DNA from: an uncultured Ignavibacteriales bacterium
Lineage (GTDB): Bacteria > Zixibacteria > MSB-5A5 > GN15 > FEB-12
NCBI GenBank assembly: GCA_964520865.1
Contig: CAZFOY010000005.1
Span: forward strand, 5,737-69,736
Direction: 5' to 3'
Length of the DNA stretch: 64,000 nt
The translations under genes were made by a program, and so were the position numbers. The notes below the pieces were generated by a model that was not told the DNA's origin, did no database searches, and worked only from the letters and a program-made list of their open reading frames with translations. Below are positions 9,408-18,040 of the stretch, one piece after another (positions within the stretch are counted from its first letter, which is position 1; every line of letters begins with the position of its first letter).

Positions 9408-9435
9408 TCATCCGTTTGGCTATCATTTCATTCCA
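9408..9435 (+). promoter_or_regulatory. Sigma70-like promoter for the downstream hydrolase-fold gene
   Basis: TTGACA (9408-9413), 16-nt spacer, TATCAT. It lies inside the 5' end of the longest ORF (9416), which argues for the ATG at 9458 as the real start. Confidence 0.4.
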
Positions 9436-9457
9436 TAAAATAACCGCAGGATACCGG

Positions 9458-10372
9458 ATGCCCAGGCTGTCGCGTCAGACGAAAGAAACTATCAAGACCA
9501 TTGTGGTCTTAGTCATCGTTGCTCTCCTGTTGGTTGTCTATGTGATCTACCCCCTCAATCGAGTCAAGACGCTTATGGGCAGAGCTGACCTCGATTCTTA
9601 CAATCCCGACTCGCTCGCCGTGAACGATGTCTCTTTATTCCAGGAGGCCGGTCTCCCGGCCGATACATTTCGGGTCGATGCCGACGGCCTTACGACGGTC
9701 GCCGGAGTCTATATCCCCTGTAACACCGAGAATAACGAACACATACGAGGAACGGTACTTTTGCTTCCGCCGGAAGACAAGACGATCGACTCGCTTGTCT
9801 CCCTCGTGACCGAATTCCACGATTCCGGTTATGTCGTAGCGGCCTACGATCAGCGGGCCACCGGGTCATCGTCGGGGAAATACCACGGCGAGGGGCTGTA
9901 CGAGTCAAACGACCTGCAAGCCGTTATCAGTTATCTGGAGATCCGCGCCGAGATAATACACCCACTGACCGTAGTGGGCTTCAGACTGGGAGCGGACGCC
10001 AGTCTGCTGGCCGAACAGGAGGAAGGCAGGATCAATGCCGTGGTGGCGGTGAATCCGTACCTGACGACCCGCAATCTGCTCGATGAAACCAAGACCCGGA
10101 CAGGAACGCATTGGTTTCCTTTCTACCGCACGACCATGTTCTGGTGGTACAACATCCGCTCGAGTTACGCCGCGCAGAAGCGAACGGTCGATCAGATCAA
10201 GCCGGTTGTCTGTCGCACTCTCGTGCTCGTGCCTGAATCGCGCGAAACCACTCCCGCTGTCGAGAAGCTCAAGGATGTCTCACCTGCCGACAAACTCACT
10301 ATCGAGGCCCAGCCTCAAGGCCGCGATGAACTGAACCAGCGGATAATGTCATTTGTTGGCGGCGCAATGTAG
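9458..10372 (+). CDS. Membrane-anchored alpha/beta-hydrolase-fold protein, apparently lacking the catalytic Ser and His
   Basis: MPRLSRQTKETIKTIVVLVIVALLLVVYVIYPL is an N-terminal anchor. Fold pattern: GTVLLLPP...GYVVAAYDQRATGSSSG...DLQAVISYL...LTVVGFRLGADASLL...AVVAVNP. The nucleophile elbow reads G-F-R-L-G rather than G-x-S-x-G. Confidence 0.65.
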   Translation: MPRLSRQTKETIKTIVVLVIVALLLVVYVIYPLNRVKTLMGRADLDSYNPDSLAVNDVSLFQEAGLPADTFRVDADGLTTVAGVYIPCNTENNEHIRGTVLLLPPEDKTIDSLVSLVTEFHDSGYVVAAYDQRATGSSSGKYHGEGLYESNDLQAVISYLEIRAEIIHPLTVVGFRLGADASLLAEQEEGRINAVVAVNPYLTTRNLLDETKTRTGTHWFPFYRTTMFWWYNIRSSYAAQKRTVDQIKPVVCRTLVLVPESRETTPAVEKLKDVSPADKLTIEAQPQGRDELNQRIMSFVGGAM

Positions 10373-10562
10373 CCATAGCGCCATCCTGACAGTCGATTCT
10401 CTTTTTTCAGTCCTCACCGAAAATTCTAACGGAAAAGGCGATCAATTTGCCGCTGATTCTGTTACTACAGGCGAGTGCCTGAAAGAGATCGGCGAACCGG
10501 CCGTTGATTCAGGAACCGATTTACATATATTACTGTCCGACCAAACAAGGGAGTTTAGTAGA

Positions 10563-11753
10563 ATGAGCGCGATACAGATTGCTGATAATGTCTTTTCCGT
10601 CGGAGTGAAAGATCCCGAGCTGACCGTCTTTGATATCGTCATGCCGACCAAGCATGGCACGACTTATAACTCGTATCTGGTTCGAGGGTCCGAGAAGACA
10701 GCCTTGATCGACGGAGTGAAGGCGGGGTTTACCGAAGAATCGTTTGCGAATATTGCCGAAGTCTGCCCGATAAGCGACATCGACTACCTGATCGTCAACC
10801 ACAACGAACCGGACCACAGCGGGTCGATCCCGGCCTTGCTGGACAGGAATCCGAATCTCAAGCTGTATTGCTCGGGGCCGGCTATCCCGTTTCTTAACAA
10901 CATAATCAATCGGGAAAGCGATATCACCGGACTCAAGGACAATCAGACCCTTGAGCTTGGAGGAAAGACCCTCCTGTTCAAACTGATGCCCTACATGCAC
11001 TGGCCCGACACGATGATGGAGTTTCTCCCGGAGAACAACATTCTGTTCTCCAATGATGGTTTCGCAACCCACCTCTGTACCGATACACTCTATGCCGACG
11101 AAGCCGATTCAACCGATCTTGAATTCGAATTCAAATACTATTTCGATGCGATCATGCGGCCGTTTACCGGGTATATGCGGAGGAATCTGGTCAAGCTTGA
11201 CGAGTTGGATATCAAGATGCTTGCCCCCTCCCACGGCCCGGTCTTCCGAAATGAACCGAGGAAGTATATCGATCTCTATAAAGAATGGGCGGCCGACAAG
11301 AGCGAGGGGAAGAACCTTGTTACCATTTTCTACGCCACAAATTACGGCAACACCCGGCTGATGGCGGAATCGGTCAAAAAAGATCTCGAGACAACCGGTT
11401 TGCAGGTAGATCTGGTCGATGCCTCTTTCTTCAATGAGGAAATGTTCAGGGAGAGAATCGAATCAAGCCGAGCCGTGTTAATCGGTACTCCCACTTTCAA
11501 CGGCGATGCCGTTAAGCCGATCTGGGATCTGGTCAACCTTTTCTCGACCGTCTATTCAATCGGAAAGAAAGCAGCGGTGTTCGGTTCATACGGCTGGGGC
11601 GGAGAGGGGGCCAAGCTGGTCGCCGAGCGACTCGCCGGACTCAAGATGAAGGTATTCCAGGACAACTTCAGAGCCCGCTTGATCCCCTCGTCTACTGAAA
11701 TGGACGCAATCGACGAGTACAGCGACAAGCTGATCGAGTTCATCGGCAAGTAG
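10563..11753 (+). CDS. Flavodiiron protein (FprA/ROO type: metallo-beta-lactamase-like diiron domain + flavodoxin domain)
   Basis: ATG at 10563 with AAGGGAG about 10 nt upstream. MSAIQIADNVFSVGVKDPELTVFD..., diiron motif VNHNEPDHSG (H-x-E-x-D-H), C-terminal flavodoxin part LVTIFYATNYGNTRLMAE...IGTPTFNGD. The 70-codon upstream extension of the track ORF (10353) has no homologous character. Confidence 0.9.
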   Translation: MSAIQIADNVFSVGVKDPELTVFDIVMPTKHGTTYNSYLVRGSEKTALIDGVKAGFTEESFANIAEVCPISDIDYLIVNHNEPDHSGSIPALLDRNPNLKLYCSGPAIPFLNNIINRESDITGLKDNQTLELGGKTLLFKLMPYMHWPDTMMEFLPENNILFSNDGFATHLCTDTLYADEADSTDLEFEFKYYFDAIMRPFTGYMRRNLVKLDELDIKMLAPSHGPVFRNEPRKYIDLYKEWAADKSEGKNLVTIFYATNYGNTRLMAESVKKDLETTGLQVDLVDASFFNEEMFRERIESSRAVLIGTPTFNGDAVKPIWDLVNLFSTVYSIGKKAAVFGSYGWGGEGAKLVAERLAGLKMKVFQDNFRARLIPSSTEMDAIDEYSDKLIEFIGK

Positions 11754-12000
11754 CAGTGGACATAGATCCACCTGGGTCAACGACCTGATCACTTCGCGTA
11801 ATTTTCTTTCGCCCGAAAGTCGCTCACACTCAGTGCGAAAGAAAACTGCGAAATTAATATATCACTAAGCCTATCGCGACAAAACAGTTATCGGGGTGCT
11901 GTCGCGTTCACACGCGGCAGTCTGACGCCAAGTTTCGGTTGACCCACATTTCCGAGCGTGTATATTATTGTCTCTTTTATAGGGAGGAACGGGAATCAGA

Positions 12001-13566
12001 ATGGGCTGCCGCCTTATTTTCGCATTGGCGGTTTGGGGTGTGATGTCCGGCACCACTTGGGCTTCGCTGGGGTTGACACCTGAAAACTCGGTCATAATTC
12101 CGGAGATTACCGGCAACGTCCGCCAGGTTGGAATCGCCGACCTCGATCATGACGGGATCCTCGATCTGCTCGTCTGTGACAATCGGACAATCGTTGTCTA
12201 TTCGGTCGGCAGGGGATCAATCATCTTTCAATTTCATCTCGAATCGGATCCGCTCGATGTCGAGTTTCTTCTGGCCGATGTCAACGCCGACAGCATTCCT
12301 GATCTGGTCATCGGGCAGTACCTTGACTACCTACAAAAACCGCCGGATACGGTCTGCCGGATAGATCTGTTCGACGGCGCATCCGGCTTCGCTGGGCACG
12401 ATTCATGCTTCTATACAGCGAACCGCACTACTCCTGCGTCCTTTGGCGAACCGTTTCCATCGGTGGCACTGTCAGCTGGAGACTACGACGGCGATGGATT
12501 CAACGAACTCCGGGTGGCGTATCACCGGTACCAAACTCTAAACTTTTTTGGCACTGCTCGATTCAACAGTATCGGCGAAACGAGAACTTATCAGTCCTTC
12601 CCGACTTCGCCGCTCGACTCTATGCCGAGCTGCACCGATGCTCCTGTTCTCCTACGTACGGAAGATGGCCGTACACTTCAAGCAGTGACGAGGTATGAGG
12701 CTTCCGTGACCGCCGTCCCTTCGTCGGCAGAATACTCAACCACTCTGAGGTCTATGGTAGATGTCGTGAATGGTTCGGGGATGGCAGTAGCGACACTCGA
12801 AGATCACAGCAGCATGCCGTGCGTATCGGATTCGACTGAGCTGATAAGTATGTACCGGGCAGCAGAGGCAGGTAATCTGTATTCTTCGGACACGACCACC
12901 TCCGACTTACTGATCGATTACCGCGCCGCTTATCGCTGCTTCTCCGATGGTGCGGCCACTTTTGATTCCACCGAGCACACTTATCAGCTTTATCATCTTG
13001 ATGAATCTGACTCGCTGTTGTTTGTTCGGGAGATCCCGGACCTGGACGGCCTGGCGTGTCCGAAGTATCTCAAAGCGTATCCCCAGCAGTTGTTCGCCTT
13101 TGGTCGAAGCAGCGTCTATCAGGTTACGCCGCTCACGGGAAGTCTCGAGTCAATCGGCATTCTCCCCGACGTTGACACGATCTTGTGGAACAGCGGAACT
13201 GCGAATGCCGATTGCTTTGTCGTCGGAGTAAAGGGGAGCAAGATCGCCTGGCATCGAATCGATGAAGTGACCGATGTTCAAGATATCCCGGAAAACCTGC
13301 CTGACGGATTCGAGTTGGGGCGGATCTATCCCAACCCGTTCAACGCCGTGGTCACAATCCCGGTAACAATACCCCGGTCCGGACAGCTTTCCCTTGAGGT
13401 CTTCAATGTTCTGGGGCAATGCTTATATTCAATCGTGGACTCAAAGCAAGAGGCCGGAAGCAGGCTGTTCCGATGGGATGCGGGGAAATTCAGTTCAGGA
13501 GTCTACTTCGTTCGCGCGACGTTCGAAGGTCAGACCCGCACAACAAGAGCTGTCCTGCTCAAGTAA
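12001..13566 (+). CDS. Secreted FG-GAP/VCBS-repeat protein with T9SS C-terminal sorting domain
   Basis: Signal peptide MGCRLIFALAVWGVMSGTTWA. FG-GAP-like motifs: GIADLDHDGILDLLV, LLADVNADSIPDLVIG, AGDYDGDGFNELRV. CTD: FELGRIYPNPFNAVVTIPVTIP...GVYFVRATFEGQTRTTRAVLLK. Confidence 0.85.
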   Translation: MGCRLIFALAVWGVMSGTTWASLGLTPENSVIIPEITGNVRQVGIADLDHDGILDLLVCDNRTIVVYSVGRGSIIFQFHLESDPLDVEFLLADVNADSIPDLVIGQYLDYLQKPPDTVCRIDLFDGASGFAGHDSCFYTANRTTPASFGEPFPSVALSAGDYDGDGFNELRVAYHRYQTLNFFGTARFNSIGETRTYQSFPTSPLDSMPSCTDAPVLLRTEDGRTLQAVTRYEASVTAVPSSAEYSTTLRSMVDVVNGSGMAVATLEDHSSMPCVSDSTELISMYRAAEAGNLYSSDTTTSDLLIDYRAAYRCFSDGAATFDSTEHTYQLYHLDESDSLLFVREIPDLDGLACPKYLKAYPQQLFAFGRSSVYQVTPLTGSLESIGILPDVDTILWNSGTANADCFVVGVKGSKIAWHRIDEVTDVQDIPENLPDGFELGRIYPNPFNAVVTIPVTIPRSGQLSLEVFNVLGQCLYSIVDSKQEAGSRLFRWDAGKFSSGVYFVRATFEGQTRTTRAVLLK

Positions 13567-13587
13567 AGCGATCAATCCTGCAATGAA

Positions 13588-14496
13588 TTAGTACAGCCGT
13601 TCCCGTTTGGACAGGAAGGCGTAGAGGGCTTTGTCGAACGGCATGGCGGTGTCGATCGGAAAATAGTCGATATCGCTCTGCCGACAGGCGAGTGAGATCT
13701 CTTCGGCGAATGCCTTGACGTGCGCGGCGAAATCTTTCTTGATCTGATATGGAAGGGTAGTCAGTTCTTCGCCGGTCTCCATATCTTTGAAGACCGCCTC
13801 ACGCGGGAAGGCAAAGTCACGCTCGCGGGGATCGAGAATATGAAAGACGATGACCTCATGATTGTTGTACCGGAAGTGCTTCAGCCCGGAAATAATCTTA
13901 TCGGCGTCATCGAGCAGATCAGACAGGACTATCACCAACCCGCGTCGCTTGATCCGGTCGGCCATCTCATGCAGCGTGACTGAGACATCGGTTGTCTCCG
14001 AAGGATTCTGGCGGGCAATCTCATTGAGAATGACGTGCAAATGGCCCGATTTGGAGCGCGGCGGAATATATTTGCGGATCTGCTGGTCAAACGTCACCAG
14101 GCCGACCGCATCACGCTGACGAAGCATCATATACGAAAGTGCCCCGCAGAGCATTCCGGCGTAATCAAGTTTGCTGATCCGGTCGTCAGAGCGGTAAGCC
14201 ATCGAAGCTGAGCAGTCGAGCAAGAGATACCCCTTTAGGTTCGTTTCTTCTTCGTACTGCTTGATATAGAAGCGATCCGACTTGCCGTACACTTTCCAGT
14301 CGATATCGCGAATGCTGTCCCCCGGCATATACTGCCGGTGCTCGGCGAATTCAACCGAGAAGCCGTGGTACGGTGATTTGTGCAGGCCGGCGATGAATCC
14401 TTCAACCACCATGCGAGCCCGCATCTCCATCCCTTTGAGGCGGGAGACAATTTCCGGGTCGAGATATTTTCTGTAATCAGCGGCCATGGATACCAA
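13588..14496 (-). CDS. DUF58 (vWA-like) protein, usual partner of MoxR ATPases
   Basis: MRARMVVEGFIAGLHKSPYHGFSVEFAEHRQYMPGDSIRDIDWKVYGKSDRFYIKQYEEETNL is the canonical DUF58 N-terminal block. Confidence 0.9.
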   Translation of the reverse strand: MVSMAADYRKYLDPEIVSRLKGMEMRARMVVEGFIAGLHKSPYHGFSVEFAEHRQYMPGDSIRDIDWKVYGKSDRFYIKQYEEETNLKGYLLLDCSASMAYRSDDRISKLDYAGMLCGALSYMMLRQRDAVGLVTFDQQIRKYIPPRSKSGHLHVILNEIARQNPSETTDVSVTLHEMADRIKRRGLVIVLSDLLDDADKIISGLKHFRYNNHEVIVFHILDPRERDFAFPREAVFKDMETGEELTTLPYQIKKDFAAHVKAFAEEISLACRQSDIDYFPIDTAMPFDKALYAFLSKRERLY

Positions 14497-14497
14497 T

Positions 14498-15445
14498 TCA
14501 CTCTTTAAAGATGGCTACGGTGAGTTCTTTGCTTTCTGTCTTATACCCACGATACATCCCCTCGGTGTTGAAAGGGAGCGCAAAGTTGCAGTTTCGGTCG
14601 ATTGCGATCAGTCCGCCGGTACCACCGAGTCCGGTCAGTTTGTCTTTGATCACGAATTCAGCCGCTTCGGCCAGTGACAATCCTTTGTATTCCATCAGGG
14701 CATGCACGTGAAAGGCGGCGCAGGCGGTAATGAAATACTCACCATGCCCGGTGGACGAAACGGCGCAGGTCGCGTTATTGGCGTAGGTCCCTGCCCCAAC
14801 AATGGGTGAATCGCCCAGTCTGGTGTATCGTTTGTTGGTCATCCCTCCGGACGATGTCGCGGCCGCAAGATTTCCTTCGCGGTCGACTGCCACTGCACCG
14901 ACTGTGCCGTGCTTCTCGTCCGGAGTATGATCGAGCTGAGTGTGAGTCTTCTTCGAGGCTTCCTCCCGGCGGATGGCGTTCTGGAGCTGCCGCCAGCGCT
15001 GGTCGGTATAGAAATACTTGTCATCAACCAGCTTCATCCCCTGTTCTTTAGCGAACGCCTCGGCGCCATCGCAGGCCAGCAGGATATGCTCAGACCTGTC
15101 CATCACGAGTCGGGCAAGATCGATCGGATTGGCGATATGCCGTATCCCGGCCACCGCCCCGGAGTTGAGCGTCTTGCCGTCCATGATCGAAGCATCCTGT
15201 TCGTTGGTCCCTTCGTGCGTGAAGACCGCTCCCTTGCCGGCGTTGAATAGCGGACAGTCTTCCATTACATTGACAGCCGCCTGAACGGCATCAATGCCGG
15301 CGCCGTCCTTCGCCAGAACCTCGTACCCTGCTTCAATCGATTGAGTCAGGGCGGTCCGATACTCGTTTTCCATCTCCGGAGTCATCATGGTCCGAAGAAT
15401 CGTACCGGCTCCGCCGTGAATGACTATGCCAATTTGCGAAGACAC
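14498..15445 (-). CDS. Isoaspartyl peptidase / L-asparaginase (Ntn-hydrolase, plant-type asparaginase family)
   Basis: GIVIHGGAGT near the N-terminus. Autocleavage/nucleophile region DEKHGTVGAVAVD, then GGMTNKRYTRLGDSPIVGAG. GTG start, 1 nt from the downstream DUF58 gene. Confidence 0.9.
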   Translation of the reverse strand: MSSQIGIVIHGGAGTILRTMMTPEMENEYRTALTQSIEAGYEVLAKDGAGIDAVQAAVNVMEDCPLFNAGKGAVFTHEGTNEQDASIMDGKTLNSGAVAGIRHIANPIDLARLVMDRSEHILLACDGAEAFAKEQGMKLVDDKYFYTDQRWRQLQNAIRREEASKKTHTQLDHTPDEKHGTVGAVAVDREGNLAAATSSGGMTNKRYTRLGDSPIVGAGTYANNATCAVSSTGHGEYFITACAAFHVHALMEYKGLSLAEAAEFVIKDKLTGLGGTGGLIAIDRNCNFALPFNTEGMYRGYKTESKELTVAIFKE

Positions 15446-15451
15446 CTATAT

Positions 15452-16192
15452 TCAGTCCTTAGCTTTCGGTCGCTCAGTCTCGGCAGATGCATCGCCGCCT
15501 GATTTTGCGAGGTCGATGAATATGAGAAACGACATGTAGATAATAACAACCAGCAGTGTGACGCCGCTGATTGACAGAAGATCATCGAAGATCGAGTAGA
15601 ATCCCCACCCGGTCAGACCTATGTTGTGCCCCAGCACGGCGATACCGAATATCCAGTAGACATATTTCTTGGTACGGGGGGGAGCCGACGAGAACAAGAA
15701 GATCGCGCCGAGCGCGAAGAAAAGCAGCGTCTGTCCGTTGATATGAGTATGGGCCAGTCCGACGTTTCTCCGGAGATGCGTGAGCTGGTCCGGCGTTTCA
15801 TCGTCTTTGTCGCCGTCGTAACCGGACATGTCGATAGTCCGGTCACCGGACTCCTGCTCTCCGATCGCTTTCTTGACGGTAGAACTTTCTTCGGGAGAGG
15901 CCGTATCGAGATTGACTTCCTGCCCCTTCATCGTGGTATCCCAGATAGGGGCAAGTACCGCCGAAGAATCGTCATCGGTTATGTCCTCGACATCCTGCGG
16001 GAAATCGGAGGAATCGGCCGGTTGCGAATTATCCTGAGTGAGATAAGCCGGCAGATGGTTCGTATCTACCACGCCCTCATCGACATAATATATGAATGCC
16101 GCCCAGAGGGTGACGAAAAGCATTAGTGCGGTGAAAATAGCAACGAACAGCTTGCCGAAACCGGGAAGGTCAGACAGGCGATAGTTAAACAT
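15452..16192 (-). CDS. Integral membrane protein of unknown function with an acidic extracytoplasmic loop
   Basis: One N-terminal and about three C-terminal hydrophobic helices flank a D/E-rich segment (QPADSSDFPQDVEDITDDDSS...). Tightly packed between moxR and the asparaginase gene. No family recognised. Confidence 0.65.
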   Translation of the reverse strand: MFNYRLSDLPGFGKLFVAIFTALMLFVTLWAAFIYYVDEGVVDTNHLPAYLTQDNSQPADSSDFPQDVEDITDDDSSAVLAPIWDTTMKGQEVNLDTASPEESSTVKKAIGEQESGDRTIDMSGYDGDKDDETPDQLTHLRRNVGLAHTHINGQTLLFFALGAIFLFSSAPPRTKKYVYWIFGIAVLGHNIGLTGWGFYSIFDDLLSISGVTLLVVIIYMSFLIFIDLAKSGGDASAETERPKAKD

Positions 16193-16240
16193 AGATTATA
16201 CCTGAAATCGTGATACGGTCACACCCTACGCCCGGCGTAC

Positions 16241-17260
16241 TCAAGCCTTCTCCTTAACCGACTCGAGCAATCGCTTGATGATCTCCATCGAATCGACACC
16301 ATCAGCTTCGGCATTGAACGAAGTCACGATTCTGTGCCGAAGGACCGGATAGGCGGCGAAGCGGACGTCTTCCGGACCGGGAGTCGGCCTCCCTTCGAGA
16401 ATCGCTTTCGTCTTGGCCGCGAGAATGAGATACTGCGACGCGCGCGGTCCGGCACCCCAGTTCACCCAGTTCTTCACGAACTCAGGTGCGGTCGGTTCAT
16501 TCGGACGGGTCGCCCGAACGAGTGAAACGGCATATTCAATTAAGTGATCCGACACCGGCACTCTTCGCACGAGCTGCTGGAATCCGACAATATCTTCAGC
16601 CGAGAGGATCCGCTCAAGTTCGTAACTTAGTACGGCCGTAGTCGATTTCACGATTGACTGTTCTTCGGAAGAGGAAGGATAGTCAACGAACACGTTGAAC
16701 ATGAACCGGTCGAGCTGAGCTTCGGGAAGCGGATAAGTTCCTTCCTGTTCGATCGGGTTCTGGGTCGCCAGCACGAAGAAAGGTTCGTCGAGTTTGTATG
16801 TCGCGCCGGCCGCGGTGACCTCGTGCTCCTGCATTGCCTGAAGCAAAGCGGCCTGGGTTTTCGGAGGGGTGCGGTTGATTTCGTCGGCCAGGATGATGTT
16901 CGCGAATACCGGTCCTTTGACGAATCGGAACTGGCGCTTGCCGGTCGCGCGATCGTCGTCGATGATTTCCGTACCGGTGATATCCGACGGCATCAGGTCC
17001 GGCGTAAACTGAATGCGATTGAACTCAAGGTTCAGGACCCGGGCGAGCGTGGAAATGAGGAGGGTCTTGGCCAGTCCCGGCACGCCGACCAGAAGGCAGT
17101 GACCGGAGGACAAAAGCGAAATGAGTAGTTGCTCGATAACCTTTTCCTGACCGATGATAACCTTACCGATTTCTCCTTTGATGCGCTCATAGGCGGAATT
17201 GAGATTCTCAACGGCAGTCAGATCCGAGCGGACCTCTTGTGCAGACATCGACTCCTCCAT
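16241..17260 (-). CDS. moxR: MoxR-family AAA+ ATPase
   Basis: Walker A LLVGVPGLAKT, Walker B ILADEINR, then the typical MoxR continuation PPKTQAALLQAMQEHEVT...FFVLATQNPIEQEGTYPLPEAQLDRF. Confidence 0.93.
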   Translation of the reverse strand: MEESMSAQEVRSDLTAVENLNSAYERIKGEIGKVIIGQEKVIEQLLISLLSSGHCLLVGVPGLAKTLLISTLARVLNLEFNRIQFTPDLMPSDITGTEIIDDDRATGKRQFRFVKGPVFANIILADEINRTPPKTQAALLQAMQEHEVTAAGATYKLDEPFFVLATQNPIEQEGTYPLPEAQLDRFMFNVFVDYPSSSEEQSIVKSTTAVLSYELERILSAEDIVGFQQLVRRVPVSDHLIEYAVSLVRATRPNEPTAPEFVKNWVNWGAGPRASQYLILAAKTKAILEGRPTPGPEDVRFAAYPVLRHRIVTSFNAEADGVDSMEIIKRLLESVKEKA

Positions 17261-17400
17261 TCATAGTATGCGGCTCTATTTTGCGGTGTAATATCCCTTA
17301 TACAAGATTTACCGATCAAGATTGCGTGCAAGGGCTGGATTGTCAAAGTATTTCGTGGCGGGGAGGGGGAATCAACTTTCCAGAGGGAAAGACGTTAACC

Positions 17401-17592
17401 GGCTCAGATCATACTTTACTTAACTTATCAATTCTAAATCAAAAATAAACATGAGGTTAATATGCGATCTGGCTGTGGATAAACGAACGATGCAGTCCAC
17501 GATAACGACTGATTATGTCATTGTGTATGAATGACATAATCAGTTATCCACAATTTACGCCAGTTGTCCACAAACAGGGCTGTTTATCAACA
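17401..17592. other. Candidate chromosomal replication origin (oriC): AT-rich tract plus DnaA-box cluster
   Basis: Perfect DnaA boxes: TGTGGATAA 17474-17482 (reverse orientation) and TTATCCACA 17544-17552. One-mismatch boxes: TTGTCCACA 17564-17572 and TTATCAACA 17584-17592. The last three share orientation and are exactly 20 bp apart. AT-rich stretch at 17404-17462 (atactttacttaacttatcaattctaaatcaaaaataaac). Lies at the end of the rpmH...parAB gene block. Confidence 0.55.
17509..17543. repeat. Perfect 14-bp inverted repeat (7-nt spacer) abutting a DnaA box
   Basis: ctgattatgtcatt (17509-17522), gtgtatg, aatgacataatcag (17530-17543). The flanking gataac/gttatc extends it imperfectly to about 20 bp. 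Confidence 0.8.
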
Positions 17593-17596
17593 ATCC

Positions 17597-18040
17597 TTAG
17601 AACTTCTTCTTCTGATCGGAGGCGTATTCTTCTTCCTTGACCGCCTTTTCCACCGGCTTTTCCGGGGCGAGGAAACCGAGGTTCGGCTTGGTGTCTTTCA
17701 TATTGCAGGCACCGCAGAAGACCGCGCCCTGTTCGATCACCAGCGACTTGGTCCGTAAATCGCCTTCCATCTCACACTTAGCCTGAAGCTCTATCTTCTC
17801 GGTCGTGGTCACATTCCCGACCATCCGGCCGGCGATTATTGCGGAATCGGCTTCGATCTCAGCCTCAACCAACCCGGTGGCGCCAACCGTGACACAGTCC
17901 GAGCAGAGAATCTTCCCCTTCACTGTGCCGTCAACTCTCAAAGCTCCCTTGATGTCCAGTGTCCCGGTGATTACTGTGTCTTTCCCAATAATTGTGTTCA
18001 TCAAACCATCCACTTCGTTATTGTTGGTTTTTTTTATCAT
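17597..18040 (-). CDS. Bactofilin (polymer-forming cytoskeletal protein, DUF583)
   Basis: DTVITGTLDIKGALRVDGTVKGKILCSDCVTVGATGLVEAEIEADSAIIAGRMVGNV...EGDLRTKSLVIEQGAVFCG is the bactofilin beta-helix repeat pattern. An alternative start at M14 (18001) would remove the 23-nt overlap with the upstream gene. Confidence 0.9.
   Translation of the reverse strand: MIKKTNNNEVDGLMNTIIGKDTVITGTLDIKGALRVDGTVKGKILCSDCVTVGATGLVEAEIEADSAIIAGRMVGNVTTTEKIELQAKCEMEGDLRTKSLVIEQGAVFCGACNMKDTKPNLGFLAPEKPVEKAVKEEEYASDQKKKF

Noticed and set aside
10353-10562. 70-codon N-terminal extension of the flavodiiron ORF.
   Set aside because: The conserved protein starts at MSAIQIADN (10563), which has its own AAGGGAG ribosome-binding site. 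The extension overlaps the upstream gene end and has no homologous character.
17493-17501. Extra DnaA-box-like CAGTCCACG in the origin candidate.
   Set aside because: Only 6 of 9 positions match, which is too degenerate to count as evidence.
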